A DNA stretch of 64,000 bases from Candidatus Kapaibacterium sp. (GCA_046297095.1 JBKCNS010000022.1:23756-87755), one strand, 5' to 3'; counted from the stretch's first letter, positions 48,433 to 58,835 are shown. The notes: generated from the sequence alone by a model not told the origin. A program made the numbers and translations.

Positions 48433-49614
48433 TTAGTCGCGAGAAATTATTTCACGTCTGGATGTATAGTTCATTCGAAGCTGCAGGAACGAACGCCTGC
48501 GCTCATTGTCCGGCAAAGGTGCATACGATCGAAGCTCGTTACACAGGTACCCAATGTTCAGAGCTGCGCCAAGTTCATAGTGCAAGGTTTGTAGGTCGCT
48601 AAACGAAGAAACACTGCGCAGAGCCGGACCCGGCGGGGCTTTGATAATGGCCGCAGATACTACTCCGGCAAAACTTTCGTACGCCCGCAGCATCATGTTT
48701 GCTGCAACATAATGTGCGTCCATGCTGTGCCCTGCAATATGCGGAGTGCACACCCGCGCTCTGCTTGCCAAGGCCGGTGAAAACACCGGCTCGCCTTGCC
48801 ATACATCCACATATGCGCTCGTGTTTTTTGATGCAATACACTCCAGCAAATCATGCTCGTTGCAAACTCCGCCGCGAGATGCATGAATGAAGGCTGCCGA
48901 TGAACGTAGCTCATTGAAGAAGTTGTTCGACAGCAAATGTGCTGTAGCATGTTCACCTTCGAAGCTTAGCGGCACATGATTGCTAACGATATCACACTGC
49001 GAGCTTATCTGGGCAGTACTACAGTGGCGCGATGCTTCCTCCTGTGTTAACAGGCCGGCTTGCAAAGCAGGAGGATCGTTGATCAATACCTGCATGCCGG
49101 TGTCTTTCACAATGCGTGCCACCGCACGTCCTACATGACCATAACCTATGATTCCCAGACGCAGGTGGTTCAATCGCAGTGGCGATGAAGTGTTGAGGGC
49201 GCCAGTGTTGTTACTACTGTTGTTGTAGTTGTTTTCGGCGATTGTATCGTTTGCTCCTATCACCGGCAGAGCTTGGTGTGAGCCGTGAAGCAGGTAATCG
49301 CAAATAGCATAGAGCACGTATTCCGCAACGGCATGTGCATTACAACCTGCTGCAGCGCGCCAGGCTAGGCCCTGTTTTTGTAAGTACGATGTGTCCAGGT
49401 GGTCGTATCCGGACGATGCGGTTCCCACAAAACGCACATCAGTGCCGCTCAGCAGGGCAGCATCCACGCGGGTTGTGCTGCGCACAAACAGAGCGGTACA
49501 CTGCACTGCGCGCAGGTACTCGTTGCTGATAGCATCGTAGGGAACTTCAGTGACGTTGTCGAATTCTCGCAGCGCATCACCCAAGCCGGGTATGTGATTT
49601 ACAACCACAATCAT
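48433..49614 (-). CDS. pdxB: erythronate-4-phosphate dehydrogenase
   Basis: VRSTT.VD, FVGTA..G.DH, GCNA.AVAEY, GIIGYGHVG, NDPP, HVPL, DVW..EP, TPHIAGHS; ATG overlaps the upstream TGA. Confidence 0.88.
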   Translation of the reverse strand: MIVVVNHIPGLGDALREFDNVTEVPYDAISNEYLRAVQCTALFVRSTTRVDAALLSGTDVRFVGTASSGYDHLDTSYLQKQGLAWRAAAGCNAHAVAEYVLYAICDYLLHGSHQALPVIGANDTIAENNYNNSSNNTGALNTSSPLRLNHLRLGIIGYGHVGRAVARIVKDTGMQVLINDPPALQAGLLTQEEASRHCSTAQISSQCDIVSNHVPLSFEGEHATAHLLSNNFFNELRSSAAFIHASRGGVCNEHDLLECIASKNTSAYVDVWQGEPVFSPALASRARVCTPHIAGHSMDAHYVAANMMLRAYESFAGVVSAAIIKAPPGPALRSVSSFSDLQTLHYELGAALNIGYLCNELRSYAPLPDNERRRSFLQLRMNYTSRREIISRD

Positions 49615-51500
49615 TTGGCAGCGGGGATGGTGATGATACAATCGTCCAAAGCCCAGCGCGGCCGCACCATAAGCTTTGTGCGCATTGGCGCAAAGTGCTC
49701 CGCAGCCTGCCAGGGATGAGGCTTGCCGGAGGTATAGAGTCCGTCCTTATTGCTATCCACAAATACATCCACGGCATACTCTCCGAGAGGGAGGTGTTCG
49801 AATGCAAAGCGTCTGTCTGTTCCGGAATACCGGCGAACTTCTGCCGTACCTCTTAGCAGCCGCACAACCACCGCATCCGAGCTTGCCGAAGAATCGATGA
49901 TCGTTCCGCGGATGCTGCCGTACAGGCGCAAATCGGGAGTATGCACCCGGCGTTGAAGCACCGTATCCGCAAGCCGCTCTCCTGCTGCGTTCAGCAACAA
50001 CGATGTTCGCATGGAAAAGGTATACCATGTATCGCTCTGCAAGGTGTCTGCGGGACTTAACACCACGCGATTAGCCGCCGGGTATTGCACGCGCATCGGC
50101 CGCTGAACAGAGCCTTGCATACAGGACAAAAGAAGTTTGCCCGCAGTAGGAGATCCTGTTGCACTGCCTGCTATGTGTGCCGTGCTGTCTCTTTCCATTT
50201 GCAGGGCTGTGTTCCAGGTAAAGGTGATCGATGGTGTGCAGTCTTGCAGCTCCGTGCTATCCTTTATAGATACAGAGAGCAAGGCGGGAGGTACGGCATC
50301 CGGTATTGTGGCAGGAGTGAAGATCATGCGTGCGAGTGAATCAAGCGTGATGTTTCCCGCGGTATCTGCAGGCAAGTCATGCGCGGCAAATGCTACGCGC
50401 AGAGGAGCGTCGCGCAGAATGGGCTGCGTAAGTATAGTCCACGAAGTAGCTGAGCTCACAGAGGGAAATGCAGCCAGCACGCGAATGGTATCGCGACCCG
50501 TAGTATCGCAGAGGAGGATATTGCTTTGAAGATCATATGAAGCCGACAAGGGTTCGCTCCACTGAAGGTCCAGCCGTGTGTTCGATCGTGGACGAACCTC
50601 AATGAGTTCTGCGGGCATGATATCGGCAGCAGGTGTCATGCGAAGCAGTACAGACACCGTAGCGCCGCTCGCGATGTGCAGATCGCCCGGTGCTGTGGCT
50701 GCGGCATCGGTGCCAAAGGTGAACATAGCGTCGTTATCATTATCGCGAAGCGCAAGGATACGATAGTTGCCATCGGGTAGGGCCGCGAAGCGGAAGCTGC
50801 CGTCAGTTCCCACCTGGGTTTTGTAGGTAGGTTTGGTGGTGCCAACCTTCAGTTCGGAACTGATGCCAGAAGCCACTGCGGAAGTCACTCCGGAAGTCAC
50901 TGCGGAAGCCACTCCGGAAGTCACTCCGGAAGTCACTGCGGAAGTATCACGCAACGCATACAAATACACAAGTATTCCTTGCGGCTTATCGTCCACAACG
51001 CTTCCGCCTATGATGCCTTTATCCAAAAAAGCACCGGTAGAAAACACGATGGTGGTAGCCGATGCCGGCGCATTACCATGAAGGTCGGCATACTGCGTGC
51101 CTACCGTGAGAGCATAGGTGGTAGCCGCTTGAAGGGACGAATCGAAGGTGATGGTCAGGCTGCGACCACTCCAGGAGTAGGAGAGCGCCAGCTCCGGAGA
51201 AATGCTGATGCACTCTTGCACTCGAGCATGTTCCACTGCCTCGGAAAACTCAAGTGTTACGGACTCGCCGCGGAAATTTGTTTGGGTGAATAGCTCCGAA
51301 GCTACAACTACTGTGGGCGGAGTCTTGTCTTCAGGTCCGCCATCGGGAGGGCGCACTACCGCGCAGGATTGCAATGCCCACAGAGCAAGCACACACATCA
51401 GATACCACACAGACACAGCAAGGCCGTGCAGCCGCCACGAGGTGGGCGTCTCCATCTTCTTCCTGCAACAAGATATGCCACTCGTACATGCCGGTATCAT
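49611..51500 (-). CDS. Ig-like (Big_5) domain lipoprotein
   Basis: LQS-C lipobox then P.GGPED.TPP, FSE, FSTG..LD.G typical of the Bacteroidota family; alternative start at 51455. Confidence 0.78.
   Translation of the reverse strand: MIPACTSGISCCRKKMETPTSWRLHGLAVSVWYLMCVLALWALQSCAVVRPPDGGPEDKTPPTVVVASELFTQTNFRGESVTLEFSEAVEHARVQECISISPELALSYSWSGRSLTITFDSSLQAATTYALTVGTQYADLHGNAPASATTIVFSTGAFLDKGIIGGSVVDDKPQGILVYLYALRDTSAVTSGVTSGVASAVTSGVTSAVASGISSELKVGTTKPTYKTQVGTDGSFRFAALPDGNYRILALRDNDNDAMFTFGTDAAATAPGDLHIASGATVSVLLRMTPAADIMPAELIEVRPRSNTRLDLQWSEPLSASYDLQSNILLCDTTGRDTIRVLAAFPSVSSATSWTILTQPILRDAPLRVAFAAHDLPADTAGNITLDSLARMIFTPATIPDAVPPALLSVSIKDSTELQDCTPSITFTWNTALQMERDSTAHIAGSATGSPTAGKLLLSCMQGSVQRPMRVQYPAANRVVLSPADTLQSDTWYTFSMRTSLLLNAAGERLADTVLQRRVHTPDLRLYGSIRGTIIDSSASSDAVVVRLLRGTAEVRRYSGTDRRFAFEHLPLGEYAVDVFVDSNKDGLYTSGKPHPWQAAEHFAPMRTKLMVRPRWALDDCIITIPAAK
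50869..50945. repeat. in-frame tandem repeat, 6 x 12 bp encoding (S-A/G-V-T/A)n
   Basis: gaagYcactScg units inside the Big_5 gene. Confidence 0.9.
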
Positions 51501-52942
51501 TCGCCGCCTCCTGTGGAACGATCGCTGTTTGCAAAGGTTGATACATCAACGATCATATCGGTCTGTGAGGAACCGGATGCGCCGGATGCGTGTAGAGCAG
51601 ACCAACGCATCAACCCAATGGCGAAGGCTATACATGCCACCAGCTCGGATGCCACACTCACTACAGCCACGTGCATGGCAGAAGACGATGCCACCAACAG
51701 ATACGCTCCGGCCGCCACGATAGCGGTAAGCGCCAACACCGTTGTTACCATCTGCTCATGGTGCGTAGCAAGGAGGAAGCCTTCGAGCACGGTTTTGATA
51801 CTCAAGAAGACAAATCCCAATGCCAGCACCTGAAGAATACCTATTGAACTTTGGAAGGTAAATGTCCAGTGCATCAGTAAGGGTGCGGCCAAAGCCAGGG
51901 CAGCTCCTGCCGCCACGGCAACTGCTGTGGTGGCAATAAGCACCATGCGAATTCGCGGCGCGTGCGCATTTCGTTTTGTGTACTGCGGCAGAATTGTATG
52001 GAGAAAGGCGCCCGGTAAAATGCGAGCCGCCGTGGTAAATCGAGATGCAGCAGAGAAGAAGCCCACAGCCTGGTTGGTGCCGAACCACCCCAGCATGAGC
52101 ACCGGCAGACGCACGAGCAATGAGCTAAGAATATTTATGATCGTAACATGGCCCTGCTCTTGATAAAACTGCTTCAGTGCCGCGGCCGCGGACGAACTGC
52201 CCTCGGCGGTTGGCGTGTGATGTTGATGCTGACTCATGTCCTCACTTAAATCTGCCGGAGCCACACGTTCAAACACATGACGCAGATGCAGAAGTTTAAG
52301 AATATCACCGGCGAGCAAAGCAGCGGCGCATAGCAGCAGTGAGTCAGTATACAACAGCACCACAACCGCAGCTGCCAGATACGGAATACCATTGTACAGT
52401 GCAGCGATACGAGCCGCACGGTTACTGTGATGCAAACCGCGAAGCGCGCACACATACGCGTAGGCAAGCGTGGAGGGAAGTACGTCTGCCATCATTACCA
52501 ACGAGAAGGGAAGAGCAGAGCTATTCTTCAGTCCGGCAATCACTGCCGCGCACGGTAGCACCGCAGCGCAGAGCAGCAGTTTGATTCGCATTGCCTTGTG
52601 TAGCTCGGGCCGAGCCTTGTGAGCATCGGCACCAATGCTTCGCGCTAAGGTGATGTCGAAACCGGCATCACAGATGGTTTGGGCAATGCCGGCAAGTGCC
52701 AAGGTAAACGAGAACACGCCCAGTGTATCTGCGCCTGATGTTCGCGCCAGCGTAATGACGAATATCGCTCCGCTCACAAGGCTAAACGCATCACCAAGAG
52801 CAATGCTCAGTCCGATGGCAAAGAATCGACGTAAGCTCCGGGCTGTAGTCGGAGTTTGAGCCTGAGCCTGAGTCTGATTCTGAGTCTGAGCAGCAGAACT
52901 TGCCGAAGTGTGAGCTGCAGTATGCGCCGGAGGATTGGTCAT
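51497..52942 (-). CDS. polysaccharide flippase (Wzx/MOP family)
   Basis: LAR..G...LG.FS, DAGF, VGFFSAASR, about 12 TM helices; low-complexity N-terminus. Confidence 0.78.
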   Translation of the reverse strand: MTNPPAHTAAHTSASSAAQTQNQTQAQAQTPTTARSLRRFFAIGLSIALGDAFSLVSGAIFVITLARTSGADTLGVFSFTLALAGIAQTICDAGFDITLARSIGADAHKARPELHKAMRIKLLLCAAVLPCAAVIAGLKNSSALPFSLVMMADVLPSTLAYAYVCALRGLHHSNRAARIAALYNGIPYLAAAVVVLLYTDSLLLCAAALLAGDILKLLHLRHVFERVAPADLSEDMSQHQHHTPTAEGSSSAAAALKQFYQEQGHVTIINILSSLLVRLPVLMLGWFGTNQAVGFFSAASRFTTAARILPGAFLHTILPQYTKRNAHAPRIRMVLIATTAVAVAAGAALALAAPLLMHWTFTFQSSIGILQVLALGFVFLSIKTVLEGFLLATHHEQMVTTVLALTAIVAAGAYLLVASSSAMHVAVVSVASELVACIAFAIGLMRWSALHASGASGSSQTDMIVDVSTFANSDRSTGGGE

Positions 52943-53070
52943 GAATAACAGGTGTGATGAGCGGCAAAATACACCCACCGTGAAGCAACGGCAAACAGTG
53001 CGAACGCTGACGTTGCAAAGAATCGGCTTCGGGCAATGACATCAATCAACCGCAAGATTCATCGAGGGAA

Positions 53071-55362
53071 TTACAACCTATACTCCAGATTCACACCGGT
53101 TAGCCAATTGCGCGGAAGTCCGGGATCGATGAACACAGGTTGCTTGGTGGTAATGGTAAGATCCGGATTCAACCACACGCCGGCCACATACCGGGCATCA
53201 AGCAAATTGTTCAATCGAGCAAATGCGCGAATACTAAAACCGGTGCTTACGGAGAAGGTATACGATGCCCAGATATCCGTCGTAGAATACGCCGGTGCGC
53301 TTGTGGTGTTTACATCGTTGGCATACACCATACCAACGTATCGTGTTTCCCATTCAACCTTGACGCCGCGAATGTACGTGGGCTCGTAGGCCAGGCGTAC
53401 TGTGGCAAATAAGGAGGGTACACCCGGCATGATGTTGCCCGATAAATCCAGCAGCCGGCCCGCCAGCGAGGCATTCACGAATGAGGAATCAAAAGTGTAG
53501 TTCGTGAGAGTGTTCGAGGATACACTCGCAGAAATCATGGCGCTGACACCTTCCTGCAAAGCAACAGAGCCGCCAAGCTCCATGCCCGCACGACGCGTGC
53601 TTCCTGCCGACATATAGAATCTTCCTCCCCGATAGGGAATAAGATCGTTCTCGGTAGTTACCAGATACACGGCAAGATCCACACTTGCAGATCGCACAAC
53701 AGAGCTTCCACTGCTCAGCGCGATTTTGGTTCCGGCTTCGATGGTTCGGCTGCGAATGGGCTCTAGAAGTGAGTTAATGGGCCGTAATGTATCCTCGCCA
53801 AAAGCCGACGGCGGGTCGGTTTCGTTTCCGGCAGGAATCTCTATGCCATAGGCAAGGTTGCCATATACCGACCACTCGCTTCCGAGCATGTAGTTCACAC
53901 CGATCTTCGGCGACAGCTGAGAAAAAGTGCGAGACTCGTTGAGCTTTGGGTTGATAAAGTTTGCGTACGAGTACGTGATGTTGTCCGAGCGCAGACCGGC
54001 AAGAATGTGCAAATTTTGGTTCAGCGTCAGAATTTCCTGAGCAAAAAATCCTAATGAGTGTGCCGATTCGCTGCGATTGTCTCGTAGAGTATTTCCCCGT
54101 GATTTGGTTAAGGGATCCAGCGAGTAAAACAGGATTGCACCATCTTGGTAGGTGTTGTCCAAACCAAGCAGCAGCTTGCTATGTACCGCTGAAGTTATAG
54201 CTGCATCGTAGCTGTAGGAAGCGCTGCCTCCCACATGATAGCGCGTGAAATCTCTGAAGGTGTTTCGCTCGGAGCGCTGCAGAAACTTTGGCTCAGCGAA
54301 AAGTGTGAACGATACCGAATGTCCGTGGTCCATGAATTGATCCAAGGACAACCCTATACGGCCAAGCCGATTGAAACGTCGCTCGTCGCGGGCAACATAC
54401 GTGGGGTTATAAATGCTCGAGTCGTTCTGAGCTTGTTGGGCATTTACGTCGAATTGTGTTTGTGTGAGTGGCCCGGGAATGCGGAAAAAGTTTGAAGCGG
54501 CTGCTACGTGCACACCAAGCAAAGTGGCATCGGCAATTCGGGTTTGAACGCCAGCCATTGATTGAAACAGTGCGGAGCCTGAGTGTTCACGCCAGCCGCC
54601 AAATGTTGTGTTCGAAGTAATGGCATAGGCCTTCGTATTCCCACGGAAATACGAGTACTGCAAAGAGCTCTTGATGAAGTCGAACGAACCCGCCGCAATG
54701 CTGCCCTTCAGCACTGCACCGGTAGCCGTGGGCAAGGTGGATAAACTCACAATGCCACCCGAAGCATTGCCCCATAAAGCCGAAGTGTTCGATCGTACGA
54801 TCTCCATCGACGTGATGGCCCATGGATCCACAAGGTCCAGCGATGTGCGCCCGTCCGGCTCGGTGAGTGGCAGGCCGTTCAGTAAAAATCGTATCCCTCT
54901 GGTGGTGGCTGCATTGGAACGCTCGCCTGCTCCCCGTGCTCCAAAGCCCCGAATGCTGATGCGCACATCTTGGTTGCCGCTTCTGGATTGTACAAGGGCG
55001 CCCGGAACCACCGAAAGAGCATCGTCCAAACCGTAACCTCGAGCGGTTTCGAAAACAACCGCAGGTACCAGGGTAATTGCAGCAGGCACGCTCATGCGAT
55101 CGGCCCCGTAGCGCGCGGCTGTTACCGTTACAGAACCGGGAAGAGAATACGAGACTGTATCCTTGAACACCGGGATCCTTGAGTATGCTGCCGTGCCTAG
55201 TTGTTTTGCCGAGGAGTCAATCAATATCACTCGCTGCACCGGATATACCGGCAATGCCATTGCCGACGCTGATAGCGGCAACACGAACACACAGATTGCA
55301 AGCAGCGCCAGGAATACCGGCCCAACAGATAGTCTGCGGGCAATAGTCAAAAGAGAAGACAT
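53071..55362 (-). CDS. TonB-dependent receptor
   Basis: signal peptide, VTVTA TonB-box-like, plug (VPG, ISIRGFG, NG.P, GGIV), barrel, NNLLD..Y, PG.PR, C-terminal YRL. Confidence 0.92.
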   Translation of the reverse strand: MSSLLTIARRLSVGPVFLALLAICVFVLPLSASAMALPVYPVQRVILIDSSAKQLGTAAYSRIPVFKDTVSYSLPGSVTVTAARYGADRMSVPAAITLVPAVVFETARGYGLDDALSVVPGALVQSRSGNQDVRISIRGFGARGAGERSNAATTRGIRFLLNGLPLTEPDGRTSLDLVDPWAITSMEIVRSNTSALWGNASGGIVSLSTLPTATGAVLKGSIAAGSFDFIKSSLQYSYFRGNTKAYAITSNTTFGGWREHSGSALFQSMAGVQTRIADATLLGVHVAAASNFFRIPGPLTQTQFDVNAQQAQNDSSIYNPTYVARDERRFNRLGRIGLSLDQFMDHGHSVSFTLFAEPKFLQRSERNTFRDFTRYHVGGSASYSYDAAITSAVHSKLLLGLDNTYQDGAILFYSLDPLTKSRGNTLRDNRSESAHSLGFFAQEILTLNQNLHILAGLRSDNITYSYANFINPKLNESRTFSQLSPKIGVNYMLGSEWSVYGNLAYGIEIPAGNETDPPSAFGEDTLRPINSLLEPIRSRTIEAGTKIALSSGSSVVRSASVDLAVYLVTTENDLIPYRGGRFYMSAGSTRRAGMELGGSVALQEGVSAMISASVSSNTLTNYTFDSSFVNASLAGRLLDLSGNIMPGVPSLFATVRLAYEPTYIRGVKVEWETRYVGMVYANDVNTTSAPAYSTTDIWASYTFSVSTGFSIRAFARLNNLLDARYVAGVWLNPDLTITTKQPVFIDPGLPRNWLTGVNLEYRL

Positions 55363-55621
55363 TATTCAGTTCAATAAAATCATCATTGAAAAAAGGCATG
55401 CGATGATCGCACCAATGTGGGATGGCGGTGGCTGCAGTGAGCAGCATCCTCTGTGACTACCGGATTTCACCGGCAAGGCATTGGCACAGAGCACATAGCA
55501 AAAAGCACAGAGCCCGCTCCATACATCAGGCCCTCGTCGCAAAGTGTGCACAACACACCGCGTTAGTGGCACCCATGCTGTACACGAATACCGATAGTAG
55601 AGTGAATGTCGCTATGCTGAA

Positions 55622-55975
55622 CTATGCGCGGGGCGGATGGAAAATGGAATGTAGTCGTAGGGACCGTAAACTGCCTGAGGGTCGGATGCTAAACCAATGC
55701 GGCGACGGAACACTTGCAACCAGGCAATAGGAATAAACCGGTTCTGTACTCTGCGTGCTCTCGGCAATCTTTACCACACTGCAGGCGCCATGAAAACCCT
55801 TGGAAGCATCCTCGATGGCATGTACAAACGAAGTTCCGTTCGAGGTATCACACGCAGTGGTGTAGAAAAGCACGATGTCGTGCTTTTCGAATGTATACAG
55901 AGTCCAAATCACCAGCGGACTTACTGAATACACCATCACAACCAGCGTGAGTATTTTCAAGCCCAAGTGTTTCAT
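55622..55975 (-). CDS. small hypothetical protein with N-terminal hydrophobic helix and C-terminal IFHPPRA
   Basis: 117-aa ORF co-oriented upstream of the TonB-dependent receptor; TATGTTTG promoter element 4 nt before its ATG. Confidence 0.6.
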   Translation of the reverse strand: MKHLGLKILTLVVMVYSVSPLVIWTLYTFEKHDIVLFYTTACDTSNGTSFVHAIEDASKGFHGACSVVKIAESTQSTEPVYSYCLVASVPSPHWFSIRPSGSLRSLRLHSIFHPPRA

Positions 55976-56217
55976 GCGGCAAACATACGCCGAAGCGTTG
56001 GTTGATTAAATTCTCAAGTGTTTGCCCCCAAAGCATGGCCCCCTGGGTATAGTACGAAGATGTAAGCAAGAGCTCACTTTTTGGTTTGAGCTTTATGCTA
56101 CGGAATGGGCGCTTTGCACTATACCGACACAAGGGTGGCAGGAACACGGCGGACTCATCGCATTCTGGTATCAAGATGTGCGGCTTGCAATAACTTGAAA
56201 GTCAAGCACTTTCAGGG

Positions 56218-56261
56218 TTATCCACAACCTTTCCCCATATGTTTCACAGCTGTTTCACGCT
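56218..56261 (+). promoter_or_regulatory. array of four DnaA-box-like 9-mers at 11-bp period
   Basis: TTATCCACA (56218), CTTTCCCCA (56229), TGTTTCACA (56240), TGTTTCACG (56251); 0, 2, 1 and 2 mismatches to TTWTNCACA. Confidence 0.5.
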
Positions 56262-56274
56262 TGAAGTGGCTGCG

Positions 56275-56282
56275 TATCTTTG
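56275..56282 (+). promoter_or_regulatory. Bacteroidota-type -7 element (TATCTTTG) for nudix-parA-parB
   Basis: exact TAnnTTTG just downstream of the DnaA-box-like array. Confidence 0.5.
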
Positions 56283-56401
56283 GCCGGCCTATGCACTTGA
56301 TAATGAAGGCAAAGGCACATCGTAAAGGGTAGCAGTTTACGATGGTTTTCAGGTGGTTTTCTTCAGCGGTTTACGGCGTGTATTCGTTTGCGCATTATTC
56401 T

Positions 56402-56965
56402 ATGGTTCCTAAATGGGAGACGGTTGGGCAACGCCCGGGTGGCGAGTACAGAATCTTCCGAACGGATATTGTGCAACGTCGTCACCCCGTGCATTTACAC
56501 GTGAGTGAATTCGTGGTAGTGCACCCGCACTCGTGGGTTAACATTCTACCCATTACGCCGGAGAACGAGGTGGTGATGATCCATCAATACCGTCATGGTA
56601 TCGACGATGTTACGCTGGAGATTCCGGGAGGAATGGTAGAGCCCGGTGAAGATCCGCGGGAAGCGGGCATGCGTGAATGCACCGAAGAGACCGGCTTCGC
56701 GGGAATAGAAAGGGCAGAGTATCTGGGAGAGGTTCACCCCAATCCCGCATTTCTCAGCAATACCTGTTATTCCTACGTGTGGTTGAATTGTACGCTTCAC
56801 AGTGAGCAGAAGTTGGATAGAAACGAAGATATAGTGGTAGAGAAGATACCGCTGGAACACGTGGCGGAGTTGATTCGAAGCGGACGCATTGCACATTCGT
56901 TGGTGCTCAACGCGTTTATGCTGTACTGGATGAATCCTGCTTTTACAAACAAGATGTTTTCGTAG
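56402..56965 (+). CDS. Nudix hydrolase (ADP-ribose pyrophosphatase-like)
   Basis: QYR, EIPGG, Nudix box GMVEPGEDPREAGMRECTEETG. Confidence 0.9.
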   Translation: MVPKWETVGQRPGGEYRIFRTDIVQRRHPVHLHVSEFVVVHPHSWVNILPITPENEVVMIHQYRHGIDDVTLEIPGGMVEPGEDPREAGMRECTEETGFAGIERAEYLGEVHPNPAFLSNTCYSYVWLNCTLHSEQKLDRNEDIVVEKIPLEHVAELIRSGRIAHSLVLNAFMLYWMNPAFTNKMFS

Positions 56966-56971
56966 AAACGC

Positions 56972-57751
56972 ATGGCAAAAATTATAGCGGTTGCAAATCA
57001 AAAAGGCGGTGTGGGCAAGACCACCACTGCAGTAAATCTCTCGGCCTCGCTGGCTGCGGCAGAGAAGCGTACCTTGATGATCGACATCGATCCCCAAGCC
57101 AACGCCTCCAACGGTTTAGGAGTGAATACCAAAGAGATACAGCAAAGTATCTACGAGGTGCTGATCAACGGCGTGCCCGCATCGGAAGCTGTGGTGAGTA
57201 CGGAAATGCCATTCCTGGAGATCATTCCTTCGCACATCAACTTGGTTGGAGCGGAAATTGAACTGGTAGAGGTAGAGAATAGGGAAATGGCCTTGAAGCG
57301 AGCATTGCAAACCATCAGAGATCACTACGATTTTATCATTATCGATTGTCCGCCATCGCTGGGATTGCTCACACTGAATGCGTTGACCGCGGCCGATACC
57401 GTGCTCATACCGGTGCAGTGCGAATACTATGCCCTGGAAGGGTTAGGGCAACTGCTTCACACCATCTCTATCGTTAAGCGCCACCTCAATACTTCATTGG
57501 AATTGGAAGGTGTGCTTCTTACGATGTTCGATTCCCGATTACGACTGTCGAATCAGGTGCTCGAAGAAGTTCGCAGCCACTTTGGTGAGCGTGCTTGCCA
57601 AACGGTGATCAATCGCAATGTACGATTAGCGGAAGCTCCAAGCCACGGCAAGCCGGTGATTCTCTATGATGCCGTGAGCCAAGGAGCCAGAAATTATCTG
57701 GAGCTTGCCGGTGAGATTCTGGAACGTAACGGCATGATGCAGCCGGCCTAA
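56972..57751 (+). CDS. parA: chromosome partitioning ATPase ParA/Soj
   Basis: [50 protein letters not shown]. Confidence 0.96.
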   Translation: MAKIIAVANQKGGVGKTTTAVNLSASLAAAEKRTLMIDIDPQANASNGLGVNTKEIQQSIYEVLINGVPASEAVVSTEMPFLEIIPSHINLVGAEIELVEVENREMALKRALQTIRDHYDFIIIDCPPSLGLLTLNALTAADTVLIPVQCEYYALEGLGQLLHTISIVKRHLNTSLELEGVLLTMFDSRLRLSNQVLEEVRSHFGERACQTVINRNVRLAEAPSHGKPVILYDAVSQGARNYLELAGEILERNGMMQPA

Positions 57752-57834
57752 GGTACTGGTTGTTAGCCGGGCAAGAGTTTTCCTTCATGAACATTGCCCG
57801 CGGTGCAATTCTCTATTAACACACGAGAAGTTCA

Positions 57835-58782
57835 ATGAAAACGCATGGATTAGGTAAAGGGTTGGGGGCATTGATTCCCAAACCGGAGCCCAAAGAAACA
57901 GACGCAGTTCAAACCCCAAGCACGCAGAGTGCCGATGCAGGAGTGGCGCATGTAGACATCACGAAAATTCGCCCTAATCGCTTTCAACCGCGGGTGGATT
58001 TCGATCCCACTGCGCTCGAAGAGTTAACATCATCGATTCGGGAAAAAGGCGTGATACAGCCGGTAACGGTTCGCCGAATCCCGGGTGGATATGAACTGGT
58101 AGCGGGCGAGCGGCGCGTGCGTGCATCCATCGAAGCCGGTCTGGCTAATATCCCCGCCTATGTGCTGGATGTTGGTACCGACGCCGACATGCTGGAGCTC
58201 GCCATTATCGAAAATGTTCAGCGTGAGAATCTCAATCCCATTGAAGTTGCGCTGGGATACGAGCGGCTCATTCAGGAGTGCGGCCTCACGCAGGAAGAAG
58301 TAGCGGAAAAAGTGGGTAAAGATCGATCCACCGTAACCAACTTTTTACGACTTCTCAAACTCGGCACAGCGGCACAGGAAGCATTGCGGAGCCGGTCGCT
58401 CACCATGGGTCATGCTAGGGCGCTTCTGGGCATCAGCATGCCGGAGATTCAGGACGAACTTGTTCGCGAAATCGAGAAGCGTCAGCTATCTGTTCGAGCC
58501 ACAGAACAGCTGGTGAAAGACATAACCGCCGGCAAGGGTAAAGACAAGTCCAAGCGCTCAGGGGCAAAGACTACTGCATCCGGTTCGGGAGAACGCCCGG
58601 AGGTAACCACAACACTCACGGATATAGAAGCGCAGTTACGAACCGTATTCGGCACGCAGGTTCACGTTCGCACAAAGAATGATTCCGGTGCAGGATCAAT
58701 AGAGATAGTATTCTATTCCTTGGAAGATCTTGAGCGGCTTATAGAGTTGTTTGCGGTGGTTGAACAGTCGCAAAAATCCTAG
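57835..58782 (+). CDS. parB: chromosome partitioning protein ParB/Spo0J
   Basis: GLGKGLGALI, QPR..F, AGERR, IENVQRENLNPIE, HTH GKDRSTVTN.LRLL, GHARALL. Confidence 0.96.
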   Translation: MKTHGLGKGLGALIPKPEPKETDAVQTPSTQSADAGVAHVDITKIRPNRFQPRVDFDPTALEELTSSIREKGVIQPVTVRRIPGGYELVAGERRVRASIEAGLANIPAYVLDVGTDADMLELAIIENVQRENLNPIEVALGYERLIQECGLTQEEVAEKVGKDRSTVTNFLRLLKLGTAAQEALRSRSLTMGHARALLGISMPEIQDELVREIEKRQLSVRATEQLVKDITAGKGKDKSKRSGAKTTASGSGERPEVTTTLTDIEAQLRTVFGTQVHVRTKNDSGAGSIEIVFYSLEDLERLIELFAVVEQSQKS

Positions 58783-58835
58783 TACACAGAGAGATTCTGC
58801 GAAACACACCAATCACCACGAGGCAACATTAACGC

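Noticed and set aside
55430-55490. Cobalamin riboswitch upstream of the TonB receptor
   Set aside because: Only the CCGGTGAAATCCGG hairpin resembles it; the GGGAA, GCCCCCGC.ACTGT and B12-box elements are missing.
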